DNA of 64,000 nt, from positions 1 through 64,000 of the IMG/VR virus record IMGVR_UViG_3300020061_000004; one strand, given 5' to 3'. The stretch comes from a virus. Made by a program: the position numbers and the translations under genes. Shown piece by piece: positions 28,401 to 41,000 of this stretch (its first letter is position 1; each line of letters starts with the position of its first letter). Below the pieces are notes generated by a model. The model did not search any database. It was not told where the DNA came from and saw only the letters and a list, made by a program, of their open reading frames with translations.

Positions 28401-29882
28401 AATAGATGTTATTTCATTTTCATTATTAATAATATCATTAAGAGCAGCAATATCTTCACGAAACTGATCTCCAGATTTTCTCTTTTTAATAGTGGCATTC
28501 AAAATAGCCACACGATCTTTAATCTTATCAAATACTTTTCCAAAAGTAATATCAGAATCAAGATTAGTCTTCTGATAGTTAGTGATAGATTCAGAATTAC
28601 GCATTAGAGCTTTAAGGTCCGCAGTCTGTAAATCATCCACCATCATATCAGCTATCTGATCAAGAGTAGTATTTAATGATAAATTCTGGAAATTTATCAT
28701 ATTCATTTTCTTGAATAGACTTTTAAGCCAGTTAATAAATCTATTAAATACAGATTGTTTCTGATCATATTTCTCTTCAGAGAGATGTCCAAGATATTGT
28801 ACCATAGCTTCCTCCATACGTTCAGAAGGAGAAAGGTCTTTATAAGCAGAATTATTATTAGTTTCTTGCCAAATTGCTAATGCACGTTGGTTAGTCTTCA
28901 TTTCTGCTACTAAAGCACTATAAAGTGCATAGTTTTCATTATTAAGAACACGAATGAAAGGATGTAAAAACTCATGGAATGGAGTACTTCCCACTATATT
29001 AGCTCTATTAATCATTACTTGCATCTGTCCATCAGACTTACGAAAAGTAAATTGTCCACGAAGATTACTACCCGGAATATCTGCTATATATGTAGCAATA
29101 TTAAATCTATTAGATAGTTTATTTAATAGAGTAGTTAAAGGATCATTGTCCCACTTTTCTGTTCTATACTGTTGTACAACCTTTCGTTTATCAAAGGCTT
29201 GATAGGAGATTTGGTGATCGGCTGTGGGGAAAAGCTGTTGAGCAATTTCTGTAACTCTTTCTCCGACAGCTTTAATTGTTGCATTCCTTTCTGATTCAGA
29301 ACGGTTAGCTTGTTGTGCGATTTCATATAAGGCTTGTGTAGGGTCTTTATCAAATGTTTCCTTATACTCTCCTTTAATAGAAGTACTAAGGTCTCTAACT
29401 TCATTAATAAGTTGTACAGATTTCTCTACAGCAGGATTCATTTCAAACTGATATTTCTGGTTGATTGAGAATGTAGAGTCTCCTCCACGTTCTACTAGTC
29501 CAGGATATAGTCTATCAATCTCTTCTATAAACTTATTATTTATAAATCTATTACCATCATTAGCAATTTTATAACTTGTTCCTTCAGTATTAATAATTCC
29601 AGGAGTATAAGAGGTTGAGAATAAGCGTGTTACATCTGAAAGTCCTTGGAACTTATAACGCTCCATAAGGTTCATTTGCTTACCATCCTGATTTATCACC
29701 TGCATAATAGGATTAACAAAAGGAACTACTGTACCATTTTCTAGTGTAGTAGTTTTACCATTTCCAAACCAATTTTTAAACTTAGGGCTATCTATTCCAA
29801 GAGAATACTCTTGAGCATTTCTTTCTCCTAATTGTCCTGTTAGTCTATCTGAATATTTAGTATTTTTTATATCGCACCACAT
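25446..29882 (-). CDS. Large ejection/polyvalent protein with zincin metallopeptidase domain
   Basis: FKNWFG motif, TPFHEFLH...EEAMV (HExxH at 28962-28976), helical C-terminal region. Adjacent to the RNAP genes. Confidence 0.75.
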   Translation of the reverse strand: MWCDIKNTKYSDRLTGQLGERNAQEYSLGIDSPKFKNWFGNGKTTTLENGTVVPFVNPIMQVINQDGKQMNLMERYKFQGLSDVTRLFSTSYTPGIINTEGTSYKIANDGNRFINNKFIEEIDRLYPGLVERGGDSTFSINQKYQFEMNPAVEKSVQLINEVRDLSTSIKGEYKETFDKDPTQALYEIAQQANRSESERNATIKAVGERVTEIAQQLFPTADHQISYQAFDKRKVVQQYRTEKWDNDPLTTLLNKLSNRFNIATYIADIPGSNLRGQFTFRKSDGQMQVMINRANIVGSTPFHEFLHPFIRVLNNENYALYSALVAEMKTNQRALAIWQETNNNSAYKDLSPSERMEEAMVQYLGHLSEEKYDQKQSVFNRFINWLKSLFKKMNMINFQNLSLNTTLDQIADMMVDDLQTADLKALMRNSESITNYQKTNLDSDITFGKVFDKIKDRVAILNATIKKRKSGDQFREDIAALNDIINNENEITSINNFVANSLNYVDSAYNRFNTLRDAVKDPSKLSKEDIAYNLGILGEIQQLLNVFDAMSDAQLLYIKEGATYKDDTMAKLAEAIAKKDIMVADYKNFALSFVTEWLYPYIEPTNAALIAKGNTKDVLTKEQFRDQMIMATRDIDSSGYFLGAVINSQDAISAAVALALKDVVYDNHLKDLHIGKELQEAYDKVRSTPLYSTKKGEEDFNMQFLRQAENYEQVGVDENGQAVYGYVNRLAFHTEYLEDQFDKDRKTFYKNLGEKPKQSDRKAYKEYQRAVSKFYSQNTRINPNTANIIDQKRKELSRRQFEKWLLNNTKVIDNEFYSNGQSKASNYKDRIYTYNNKNDTFRIFSGDLVLPAEKYKNPDFGRMMTSDYYKTLFNSYQDANEKLGTYGLKYGIIPQESKGKNAFSDINWSKDTVKKNLLDAAKAPIRSLYANYDSDRTVQRQDGTEVKHIPIKYTKLLDQSDLKVDLLSSTMKFSQMANHFEGMSEVEPNILVLKTVLNGDYNLGIKGRQIAKTNAKGIAKLNAITQKVVPKMAREDMLNARLNEFIDDIVFGDAEFKATVNILGRDFSVNKIADNAGFLTTVTNMALNFTGGVNNVIVGNYNNALEAMGGRFWGKKDWLWGNGQYWKLMPEVIGEIAGQTDSIMHEMAEHYDIPQGEFKNEYGQDVTTGKLNKLFRSNSLMFMQKGGEHQIQLSGMLSLMHATKVTTKDGKEIHLFDAWNQKDTNGDRIPITNNPNINWTAQDDSLFRNRLHAINKSLHGVYNKFDKAVAQRRWYGKLGLMFRKYMFTAFKSRYGRKYVDYELGTTNEGYWNTFMKKVVADAKDYKFGMLQRLWTKEGYNEDQKNAINRTVFEFGVILAAMLLAGFSNEDDDKSWITSEAKLQLTRMSADITQYISPADFIRVVRNPAASINLIEKYTAVAQQLTSPTEEYSRASGFAKQGDNKLYIKMLKALPGIRQVINTMTPDEQIKYYNLPGTK

Positions 29883-29883
29883 A

Positions 29884-31995
29884 TTAACACTGGTTAGTTT
29901 CGTCTTCTATTTGATCGTTTGTAAAGAAATCTAATGGCATATCAGATGCTTCATTATAAGCAAGCTGTTGTAGACCTCCAAATGTACCAGCAGATAACGG
30001 CATCACTGTAGTATCTGGCTGAGGAGTGATAGGAGTTTTTTCAGTAGCATTTGTATGTGTAGTGATTGGTGTAGGATTTGGTTTACCTTCCAATAATTCT
30101 CCACGAGCAGATTTCTGTAAATCTAGTAGATGTGCAGCAGCGGCTGTAAGTTTTCCTAATGCCTGTTCTCTCAATTGAGCTGTTGGTCTAGTTCCTAAGT
30201 CAGCTACACCTGTAGTTGTAGAAGCTCCTACAGCATCCACCATTACATATCGTGCAGATTGTCCTGTTGGTATAGAGTCTCCTTCTTTAGTCATTTCAGC
30301 ACCAGATATAATTTTTCCATCTCTGGAAATTGCATCTAGTCTGAATAATTTCTTAGTTTTATCACTTCTTTGTACTTGTATATACTTCTTAAACTGTACA
30401 TTTAGTTTATTAACTGTAACACCTTTTTTATTAGTTCCTGTTTCAGAAGATGTTACAAAACCAGCCTCTTCAAGACCATTCATTCTTTCTTTAAGATAGG
30501 TCTTTCCTGCTTCTGTTCCTGTAAGTTCTTTATACTTTTCATCAAACAGATTGATGTTCATAGTATTACCAGAATCTTCAAAATTAATAGCTTTAGCACT
30601 TTTACCCTTTGCATATGTAGGACGAACAAATGCTAAATTAAATTGATGTTGAACATCTGTGGAATAAATACTTTCAAATCTATTATAAAAGTTATTATAG
30701 TCATGTCCAAATACTTTCTCAAATAGAGTATTTCTAATACCTTCTATATCCTTAGCTTTAAATAAAGCATTAAAGTTATCTTTTTCAGCTTTAGAGAAAT
30801 AAGGAGTTAGTTCATTAGTACCATCATCTACTACAAAGTTATTTGCTATTTCTTTGACAAATCTGTTAAATTCACTTAATGAATTAGCAGCCATCAATTT
30901 ACTACCATAATCTGTTGCTTTAGACATCTCACTAAACATTACTGTAGGAAGCATCTTGATGAAACTCTTATTCTTAAACTGTAAGCCGTCTTTAACAATT
31001 AGATAATCAAATAAGGCTTTAGCATGAAACTTTGTTTTTGGATTATTATAAAGTTCACTGAATGAGTCCATAAGACTGGCTATCATGTCTGGCTCAATCT
31101 TTCCTCTAGTTCTACCTTCAATAGTATTTATAAGGTCTCTATTCAGAATATTCTTCTGTTGTTTCTTACCTATCTTTACACTAGTAGATATTGGAAGGAT
31201 GAAGGACAAGAATGTATTGGCTGGTGCAAGCTCTTTGGCTTGGCGCACAATATCCACAATATTTTCGAGTCCACCTTCTGTATCATAAATTAATGAGTTC
31301 CTAAGTGTAGATGTTTTATCTTGTTTAAAAGATATCCACTGTTTATAAGCTGCAATCTGTGAGAATGCAGATAGTTCATTCTTGATGTCATTAACCTCAT
31401 CAGGCCCAAGACTTTCCTTCAGATTAGCTACTACCTTTGCAACAGTATTTTTAAATGTAGGTGTACGCTCCATAAACATAGTCTTAGAAAGAGCTGATAC
31501 ATCCTGCATAATCTTTATATTATTAGCAGTGAGTTTATGATAGTATTGATCACTATTAGAAGCTTTATACTGATCATCTCCTGTAAGTAAATAACGTACA
31601 TCAAATGGAATATCATCAGTAAGTTGTGCTTTTCCTATACCAAGATCAGATAGGTTTCTAGCCACAGTATCCATATCCTCAAATCCCTTTCCAAGTCCTT
31701 TTGTTAAGGCTACAGCAGGGCCAATCTTATAGAAGAACTGAGCTTGCTCCTCAAGTTTAATAAACTGAGTTAATAGGTCTTTTTGGAATTTTCTTAGCTC
31801 AGAAGGGCTATAGTTATTCTCTCCAAAAGCTACTTGACGTAGTACATTTGCCAAAGATTCAGTAGTCATCTCTGGTGTACCTTTCTTATTAGTTCCTTCT
31901 AATAACTGCCTTTCTCTAACAAATTTAAGGAGCGCATCCTTGTTATCAAAGATGTGCTCCTTTCCTAATGAAGTTATGACGTATTTACAAGCCAT
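29884..31995 (-). CDS. Virion RNAP-associated protein, probably the split C-terminal part of the vRNAP
   Basis: Directly downstream of the DFDLD-containing ORF. ATG 31995 (MACK...) is preferred over the track start, which lies in the promoter motif. Confidence 0.65.
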   Translation of the reverse strand: MACKYVITSLGKEHIFDNKDALLKFVRERQLLEGTNKKGTPEMTTESLANVLRQVAFGENNYSPSELRKFQKDLLTQFIKLEEQAQFFYKIGPAVALTKGLGKGFEDMDTVARNLSDLGIGKAQLTDDIPFDVRYLLTGDDQYKASNSDQYYHKLTANNIKIMQDVSALSKTMFMERTPTFKNTVAKVVANLKESLGPDEVNDIKNELSAFSQIAAYKQWISFKQDKTSTLRNSLIYDTEGGLENIVDIVRQAKELAPANTFLSFILPISTSVKIGKKQQKNILNRDLINTIEGRTRGKIEPDMIASLMDSFSELYNNPKTKFHAKALFDYLIVKDGLQFKNKSFIKMLPTVMFSEMSKATDYGSKLMAANSLSEFNRFVKEIANNFVVDDGTNELTPYFSKAEKDNFNALFKAKDIEGIRNTLFEKVFGHDYNNFYNRFESIYSTDVQHQFNLAFVRPTYAKGKSAKAINFEDSGNTMNINLFDEKYKELTGTEAGKTYLKERMNGLEEAGFVTSSETGTNKKGVTVNKLNVQFKKYIQVQRSDKTKKLFRLDAISRDGKIISGAEMTKEGDSIPTGQSARYVMVDAVGASTTTGVADLGTRPTAQLREQALGKLTAAAAHLLDLQKSARGELLEGKPNPTPITTHTNATEKTPITPQPDTTVMPLSAGTFGGLQQLAYNEASDMPLDFFTNDQIEDETNQC

Positions 31996-31996
31996 A

Positions 31997-32037
31997 TACA
32001 AATATACAATTATAATTACAATTAATTAAACGTGTAA
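31997..32037 (-). promoter_or_regulatory. Putative late promoter
   Basis: TTACACGTTT-N21-TATATTTGTA. Confidence 0.65.
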
Positions 32038-32047
32038 CCATAATTGG

Positions 32048-35000
32048 TTAATCACATTGTAATTCAAATATACCACTCTGTTGAAGATTAGCATATAAAT
32101 CATCATCTGACATTTCATGATAATCTAAGATAGATTTCTCTAATCTAGCTACTGCTTCTTCTTCGAAATGCTTCTTGAAAAGCCTTTCTTCCTGTGGAGT
32201 CTGGAGTGTATTTTGTTTTACACTCTTAATATTTAGATAGGTACTAATACCAGGCTGATTTACCATATATACTGCTGTAGTAAGAGGAACTTTCAGACCC
32301 ACCATATAGTTGACAATCTTTAGAGCATCTACAGATAGATTATAAAGAGCATTTAACTGTTCTTTAGCTTCATCCGTTGCAGCAGAGGTAAGAGCTGAAT
32401 AAACACCATTAGTACGTCTACCATCAAATTGCTTTGATTCAGAGTCTAAGTTTAATTCATTATTTCCTCCAAAACTATCAAAAGTCATTCCATCAAATCT
32501 GAATGGCTGAATCTTCTCTGTTTCTCTAACTTTTATACCTGCTTTATTAAGAATAGAGTATATTAAGCTTGCATTAACGTCAATACCAATGTTATCTTTA
32601 CCAGCACTGTTATTTTTGAAAGCCTGATATTGTCCACCCATACTATCTCCAGGAAAACTAGATTTTTTACCAAATACCTTTCCAACCACTTTATCATTCT
32701 TATCACGGAGTGTAAGTTCACCTCTACCCTGTATTTCTGAAAGGGCTTCCATTGATGAAGATTCATCTGCAATTTCTCTAATACCTTTATTTGTAAGAAG
32801 AGAAATATAGCTATCTAATATCTTGTTATTTAATATACCATTGTTCAGTTCTTTAGTCTTAGAAGCTTCTTCGAATTCTTCCTGAGTTGATGGTAAACCA
32901 ACTTGTTTTAGAGCAGCTTCTACAATACTATTCTTAACATTCTCTTTCTCAACTGGTGATAGATTTATATCTTGTAACAACCCTGCATTCATCGGCTGTC
33001 CCATTATTTCTGAGATAGCTCCTTTAAGAGTTTTGTTATTCTTCTTCATATAATCCTTATACTCACCCCATTGAGCTTCACTACTACGAGCATCTCCATA
33101 TTTTCTAAACTGAGGCTTTCCATCTCTATATTCGGTATAGAAATCATATCTAGTGATATATTCCTTGTCCAAATCAAAGTCGGCACCAGACAGACGAACA
33201 AGGTCTTTTGAGAACATTGCCGTTGATCCAAGGTTAGCAGGAAGAAAGTCTATTATTCTTAGAGCCATGAAGGAGTTCTTATCCTGTGAGGGAATACGTA
33301 CCCCTAATCCCATAGCAATAGATTCTGGAATTTGATCTGTATCAGCGATATCAAGGAATTCTTTAAAGTGAGGAGGAAGCATCATTTCTGAGTATCTTCT
33401 TCCTGTATCATTACCATCACTATCATATTCAGTGACATTATGACGCAATTCATCAAGATATAACTGTCCTTCTTCTGTTACCTGATCAATACTATGAAGA
33501 ATAGTTTCAGCTTGTACATTTTGTCTATTATTTACGTAATGATCTCTGCGAATATGATCCCATTCTACCACTACACCATTTTCTATTCTCTTTGCTCTAC
33601 GAATAGTCTTAGTATCAATGCCAGAGAAAAGGGCTACAGTATAACCAGGATTCTTCTGTGATAATACTCCCTTAGAGAAGTATGCTAGATATAACTGCTG
33701 GAATTTAAACTTCGTAGCAGACATATTTAGGTTATACTTAGGAATACCATTTTCATCAAGAGAGAAAAAGTCCAGAAGCTGTGCGTCACCGCCACTTGCT
33801 TCAAGAGTAGATATTGCACGTTTTTGGAAATTAGCTAGTTGAGGAGTTACTTTACCTTCAGCAATTGATTTCTCAACATCATTATTAAAATCCTGAATGT
33901 TATAGATTTCATTTCTTGCTGCTTCAAAGTTATTAGATACCTTATTTGCTATAGCAGTCTGATAAATATCTCTTACCTGTCCTATAGTATATGTAGTACC
34001 AGATATAGATACTTCTGATTCATCATCCTGTTCACCATCAATAAGTTGTAATAACTGAGTTGGTGTAGTTATTTCAAGCTTATTGGAAGGATTTGCTGTT
34101 TGTAGACCGAAGTATGTATTATCATAAGGGTGCCCTACTAGATCAGAGAAGTCTTTAGCTCTACCTACATCCATAGTCATCATCTTGGAAGCAGATTCAG
34201 GAGCAGCAAAATGCATACTCTGATCTTCCATACGAGTTCTTAGATTATGTAAAGTTTCCCATCCTGGAATAGCTTTCCAATTACCATTCTCATCCTTCAT
34301 TGATGTAAGATTAGGCTGAAGAACAACCACAGACATTTTGAAATAACTCTTACCATCCTTAAAGATGAGTTTCATAGAGTTAGTCATTTCATCCCATCTT
34401 AGAAGTCCATTATCCTTATCAAAGATAGCATCAAATTCTTTACCATTTGCAGCTTTAATACTATGAATATTCTCTCCAGCTTCAAGAGCATCAAGTACAC
34501 GTGCTACTCTAGGAGTAAGCTGAGCAAGTCCCCATAGAGTATATCTAAGACCGGTAACTGTTGTATACATCTGAGCATCAGCTATCTTTGTTCCATCAGC
34601 AGATATAGGTTCTTTGAATATACCAATATTTGAGTGAGTGAATGGTTGAGTAATCCCTAGTTCTGGAGCAATAAGGTCTGTTCTCATAGATTTGATAGCA
34701 GCATTATCACCCTTAGCTCTTTTTACAGCATCAACAGCATCCTTCAGAGAAAGAGCAGGATCACCATGTAATATCTGATTGTAGGCTAGTGTATTAATGA
34801 AGTTATTCATTATTACATGCCCGACATTATCTGTGAACTTATCTTTACTCAGATTAATTGATTCATTACCATTAAAGTAGTCACTATGTAAGAATACATT
34901 AGAATACTTTCCTTTATTATCTTTATTAATAATACCTTCTGTTACTAATAGATTAAGAGTATCATCTACCATTTTATTTAATGATACTGCAAGCTGATCC

Positions 35001-38000
35001 TTAATATATTTCTCATCCTGCTCAGATATAACAGCAGTAGATGAACGAGCTATTCCTGCCATTCTGTCTAGGACAGTTTTTGGAAGAAGAGCTGTAAAAC
35101 TTTCAGTAAACTGTAATCCACGATATCCCTTTAGGATAACTGATCTATCTTCATTTCCTTGACTATCTGTTCCAAAATTACCAGTATGATAGTTTTCTAC
35201 AACATTAGATTTAATAGTACCTATTTCAGTATTTACTCTGTTTATACGATTAAATTCTCTCTTAAACTCATTAAATATTATATCTTTAACCTTCTGTGTA
35301 ACTCCTGATGCTTTATACATATCAGAAAGTATAGGCAGATTAACAGTGTCACCAGTACTAGAAGCTTCAAGTACACGAATCAGATGTGGTGTTGTAACAA
35401 CAGATGTTTTACCATTTCTCTGAGTTTTTGCATATGAAGAATAGATATTCATAAAGTTGATCAAGAACTCACGTGGAGAATAGTGACCATATGTAATACC
35501 ATCTTTCTGATCTCTAAACTCAGCAGTGACTACTTTACCAGCTTTATTTGTTTCTACTGCTTTAAGACCATCTATACGATTTACTAATAGATTATCTGCA
35601 ATAGCTTCAAAATCTGGAGATTTCATTAAGAAGTTATCAGTGAGCCATTCAGAATCATAGGCATCCCTATAAGCTGTTGTAGCTTCACGATATCCCTGTT
35701 CTCTTAATTGCTTACGGAAAGCAGCATCTCTAAGTTGATAGGAGAAGTTAATATTAAATGTACCATCTTGGTGGCCATACACTATTTTATCTTCAGCATT
35801 AGTAAATGATGATTCACCTACTGTTTCATCAAATAAAGAATTACCCTTAGCGATGTTTAGAAGACGACCAATCATAGCTGTGTCTATCTCTTCATTTACT
35901 TTAGTAACTTGCTGAGTATTATCATCTATTTGTTCTACTTCCTTTAAGTCTTTGAAATAAGGGTTTGAACCACCAGTTAATAGTCTAGTGAGTTGTTCTA
36001 AATCTTCTCCATTAAGAGTAGTTTCATCAGCAGTTTTCATGATCTGAACATACTCATAATCTTGTTTATTTATGAATTTGTTCTTAGGATCATCAAACTG
36101 AAGTTCTACACCCTCTTTCTTATATTTTTCATTAAGAGCATCAAATAATCTTGCATTTTTAGAAAGTATAGAATATTTTATATACTCTGAAGATAAGCGA
36201 ATACCTACCTGTGAAAGAGTATTCTGAACTCTTGTAACATCATCGGAAAGTTTAGTTGCATCATATTTAGTAACTATTCTTTCATCAAATATACTTCTTA
36301 TATCATTTACATTGTCACGAATAGCTTTTTGAGCATCATCTGAATATTTTGCATAATTATCTCCATATTCATTAGACCACTTATCAAACTGTGTATTTTC
36401 TACATTTTTACGATTCGCAGGGTATGATTTTGTAATACTTTTCTTAACATCCACTTCATTGAAAAGATAGTCTACACGAAACTTATTAAATCCTTTTCTA
36501 ACCATTTCTACAAGGGCAGGATTAATAGTGGCTTCAAGTCTATTCTCTTCAAAAAGAGCTTGAACATTAAGTCCAGTTTCTTTAATAAACTTCTCTACAA
36601 AATGTCTACTCTGTTCATTACCATTAGAAAACATAATCATCTTCTGGAAGAACTTAATAGGATCAGTAATATTAGCTACAGAACGTAGTAGACCATAATA
36701 TACTGCCCTAGAATCAACAGTATTTACTGTAGGAACACCTTCAATAAGCTGTGAGTTTCCAAATTCATCTACTTTATCATAAGAAGTAAATCCTATATAC
36801 TGGCGTAGTAATCCTGGAAGGCTAGAAAGACCTCCTATGTTTTCAGAAGTATTATTATAACCAGTACTAGGTTGTCCTTTATCCTGTTCACTATCTTCCT
36901 TATCTTCTTCTCTAAACTGCTCAATATATTTAATAGTATTAACATATTCTATAGCTCCCTTTTTGATTATATCACGACTTTCTGGGTTGCTGTATACATA
37001 AGCCTGATCAGATGATAAAATACGATTCATTTCAGCCTCAGACTTTCCCGCATATAGAGGATTGTTAATACTATATAAACCTTGTAAGTCATCAAGTATA
37101 GTATTTAATAGAGTATCATCAGATATATTTCTATACTTGTCTAACATCCTATATGTATTATAATAAGATGCTACACTCTGAACAGTCTGAGTAGATGTTT
37201 TAGGGTCCATATTACGTTTAATAGTAATCTGGCCTTTACCCACTTGCATAACTCCCGGACGAGCAGGTATTAATGATAGAGCTATTTCTGGATTACCATA
37301 ATCTTCTTCTGGCATCTCAGTTGTAAACCTATTAGCAGCAATATCATGATATTTGTAAACACCTGTGTCAATATCTCTAAAGAGCATATCAAGGTCTTTA
37401 CCACTTTTAGAGAACCATTTGAAGAAACGACGAATAGCATCAAATAGTTTATCAAATATACCAGCAGATTCTTTCTTAGCTTTCCAACCTTGAAACTTAT
37501 CAGCCATATATTCTTCATACAGTCTATCAAGAGCTTGACTATTAGATAGTGTATTATAAAGTCCTAAGTCTCTTCTTTCCTTTAAATATTGATTAATAGA
37601 TTTACCTTCTGATTTCAGTTGGTTATAAAGTCCCTTCTGTGCCTCAGATAGATATCTATCTATTTCAGCATCACTTAATAGCATACGAAATACACCATGA
37701 AATGCTTCATGATATTCTGTACCTGCTGGAGCATCACTATTAAGATATATAACTCCATTAGAGAATGCTCCCCATACTTGTCCCTTTATAGCTATTCTAT
37801 CAAGAACTTCTGATATATCTGCCATTTTAATAAAAGAAGGAAGATTATCAGAGATATACTGACGAGCCTTTTCTACATCTAATATAGTATTCAGTTCTTT
37901 AACACCGTTCTCACCAAGTTTGAAATCAAAATCAATATCTTGATTAGCACCTTTTGGAATATCAAGATTAAGACCCATACTCTTAGCTAATTCTCTTGCA

Positions 38001-41000
38001 GACATTCCTGAAAGATTATCTAATATTTCTCCAGTTTCAGCATCTCTAAATACTGTTCCTTGTGGTGTATTACTAAACTGTACTCCTACACTTCCTAGAG
38101 CTTCATCAGCACTGGTGAATACTTTATCTTCATTAGATTCCTGATTGAAATTAGAAGTAGCCTTAGCATCTCTTATTTCTTGAGGAGACACCATTCCTAA
38201 TGGATTTCCTTGGTCATCTGTATCTACTTGTGTAAGACCACCAAAGATTCCCTTACTAGGAAGAGTAATAGGAGAAGGAGCTATCATTTCCTGCACTGGT
38301 ATACTAGGAGCAGGCATTTGAAATACTCCACTAGTAAGAGGTACTACAGAAGATATCTCAGGGTTATATACAATATTAATACCCTTTTGCTTTTCTACTG
38401 AGGTGATGTTTCCTTTGCCGTCATAAGCAATCTGAAATGGAAGAATTCCAAGTCTCTTTGGTTTTACACCAAATTCATTCTGGAAAAGGTTAGAATATGC
38501 ACTAAGTTGATTAGTATGATTCTGTCTCTTAGTCATCTTACCATTGTAAGAATCATCATACTTACCAAAATCCTTAGCTGTCTTTATATCATAAATACTA
38601 TAATTACCATCCTTATCTACCGATAGAATATCTACTTCACCAGCTATTTTACTTACTGGATCAAATAATACTATATTATTACTAATAAACTTCTCACCTC
38701 TATCTTCAATAGTTTTCTTAATTTCAGTGAGTGCTTTTATGATAGAAGTATGAGCTTCATCAGAAATACCAGCAGGTTTAGTAGCAGTTTTACCAGAAAA
38801 GAAATCTCTTACAATTCCATCTACTGTACTACCAGCAACTCTTGCATTTTCGTATAGAGAAGAGTCACCATCAAAATCATTAGGAATAACATTTGTTACT
38901 CTTCTATAGTTCTCTCCTCTAATTATATAAAACTGCTGATCTGCTGTTCTTCCTTGTACTTCTGTCTGACTAGCTATAACAGCAGCCATAATATCTTGAG
39001 AAGTCTGAAGATTTGCACCACTACTTACAGCATTCTGATTAGCAGGATTATTTCTTTCAGTACCTCCAGCTGCCTTATAGGCACTAGATATCTCTTTATA
39101 GTTAGGAGTGATACGAAGAGTACCATTCTTAAATACATTAGTAGTTGTTGCACTACTTAAAGCATTACCCGCAGCATCAGCATTAGTTTCAGAATCTTTT
39201 GCAATATTTTCACGGAACTGACTAGCAGAGAAATTAACTTTAAGTGCAGCAAATGCTGTAGCTTTATCAATTTGTTCCTGAGTCATTCCTTTCTTAACAG
39301 TACCTACTTTAACTGCTTCCTTATTGAAGAGATCAATCATCTCTCCTAAGTTCTTAATAGTAGCTACTCTTGTAGGAGCAATATATAAGGTATATCCTGC
39401 TTTAGTGTCCTTATCGTATATTTCCATACGAATTGCACCAATAGGGCTTACAGAAAGATTAAAGTTCTTTTTACCATCTGGATCAGATATAAACAGTTGA
39501 TTATCAATACCTTCATTAAAAGTATCATTATATGCTTTTGCTTCAGCATTAGGATATTTATAATAAACAACTTGATCACCAATTAATAACTGTCCATCTG
39601 CTAATTCCTTAGTAGATTCTGCAAAGTTAGTTTCTCCTGAAAGTTGTGCTCTATCTTTAAGAGAGTTAAACAATGCACTTTCAGCTTGTTCTCCTAACTG
39701 TCCAGGAGTAAGAGCTACATAATGTAAAGCTCCATCTGGTGTTTGAGTAACCCCAACATATCTTGTTCCAAGAGCATGTATTCTAGTAACGTCTCCAGCA
39801 ATTTTAGCTTTTAATTCTTTAGAATCAGCATTGTTATCATAAAAAGCAGGACTATAGATAAACTCCATAATATCAGACTTCACATATCCACCAATATCAT
39901 TATTATATACACGAGGTATAGAGATAATTACTTGTGACTGAACATCCTGTCCATTAGAACCTTTAAATACATGAGTAGTATTCTCTAATTCACTATATAA
40001 AGGTCTTTCTCCACCCGGTGGGATCAGATCAAGTTCCCCATATGTAAGTTTTACATCTACAAGTTTTTCAAGCTGTTCTTCTGATAGAGTAATAGCTTGA
40101 TTATTATTGTTCTTAAACTGTATAGCAAAATAGTTCTTCAGAGCAACCATAGCATTATACTGTTCCAAATCAGCAGCATATTGTGCAGCAGGTCTGGAAG
40201 TAAAATTAGCGTATTGTTGAGCAGTAAGTTTATCTAATGTAACTAATTGATTATTAACATTAAATAATAGTCTATCAGGAGTAGCAAGTTTTGCCACTTC
40301 ATCTCCAGTATGTAAGATAGACATATCTATAGGAGAAAGAGAAGAATATACTCCAGGATAACCTTTTAATTGTGTATATGTATTATTAGCTTTTTGATCA
40401 TTATAGGCTTGTTGACGTTCAGGAGAAAGAGGCTGTATTCTGATAGTCATATCAGCTTTAAACTCAGCTGATGTTTCATACTGTATAGCTTCTTGGAAAG
40501 GAACTTTTAAATCAGCAGGAACAAGAGCTTTATTAAAATAATCTTCTGTACGTAAAGCTTCTCTACCAGCTCCAGCACCAGCAGGTTGAGGCTGAGGAGG
40601 ACTTGGTGGTACAATAGGTTTAGAAGCCTTCTGGGAAGCAGCATTTGCAGCAGTGTTAAGAGTTACAGCCTGTGCTCTAATAGCAGCTACATTACTATTA
40701 TGTATATAGTAGTTCTTACCATCTGAGCTTTTAACTTGTGTATACTCTGAAAGGTTGACATTAGGATTTGTCATCTTAAGATCATCAACTGTAGATAGTT
40801 CATCTACATTATCAAGATCATCAGAAGCAGCTTTATCCTTTCCATCAATAACATTTAATAGAGCATTATAATATGTTCTTTTCTTCTCATCATCTAATAC
40901 TTGTGTAGACTCAGTTAATTCTCCTTGCCCTTGTTGTTGTGATGCAGCAAGACCAGTTCCTGTAGATAAACCATTAGCTTGAGCAGCCTGCTGAGCAACT

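Noticed and set aside
29880-32060. Split inteins joining the RNAP pieces
   Set aside because: No HINT-domain blocks or terminal His-Asn signature, and the Cys positions do not match intein splice-junction geometry.
38864-38881. NDFDGD, resembling the canonical RNAP NADFDGD motif
   Set aside because: It lies in the N-terminal part of the PD-(D/E)xK domain without the preceding R.P motif. GADFDLD after RIPSQ at 33167 fits the crAss RNAP active site.
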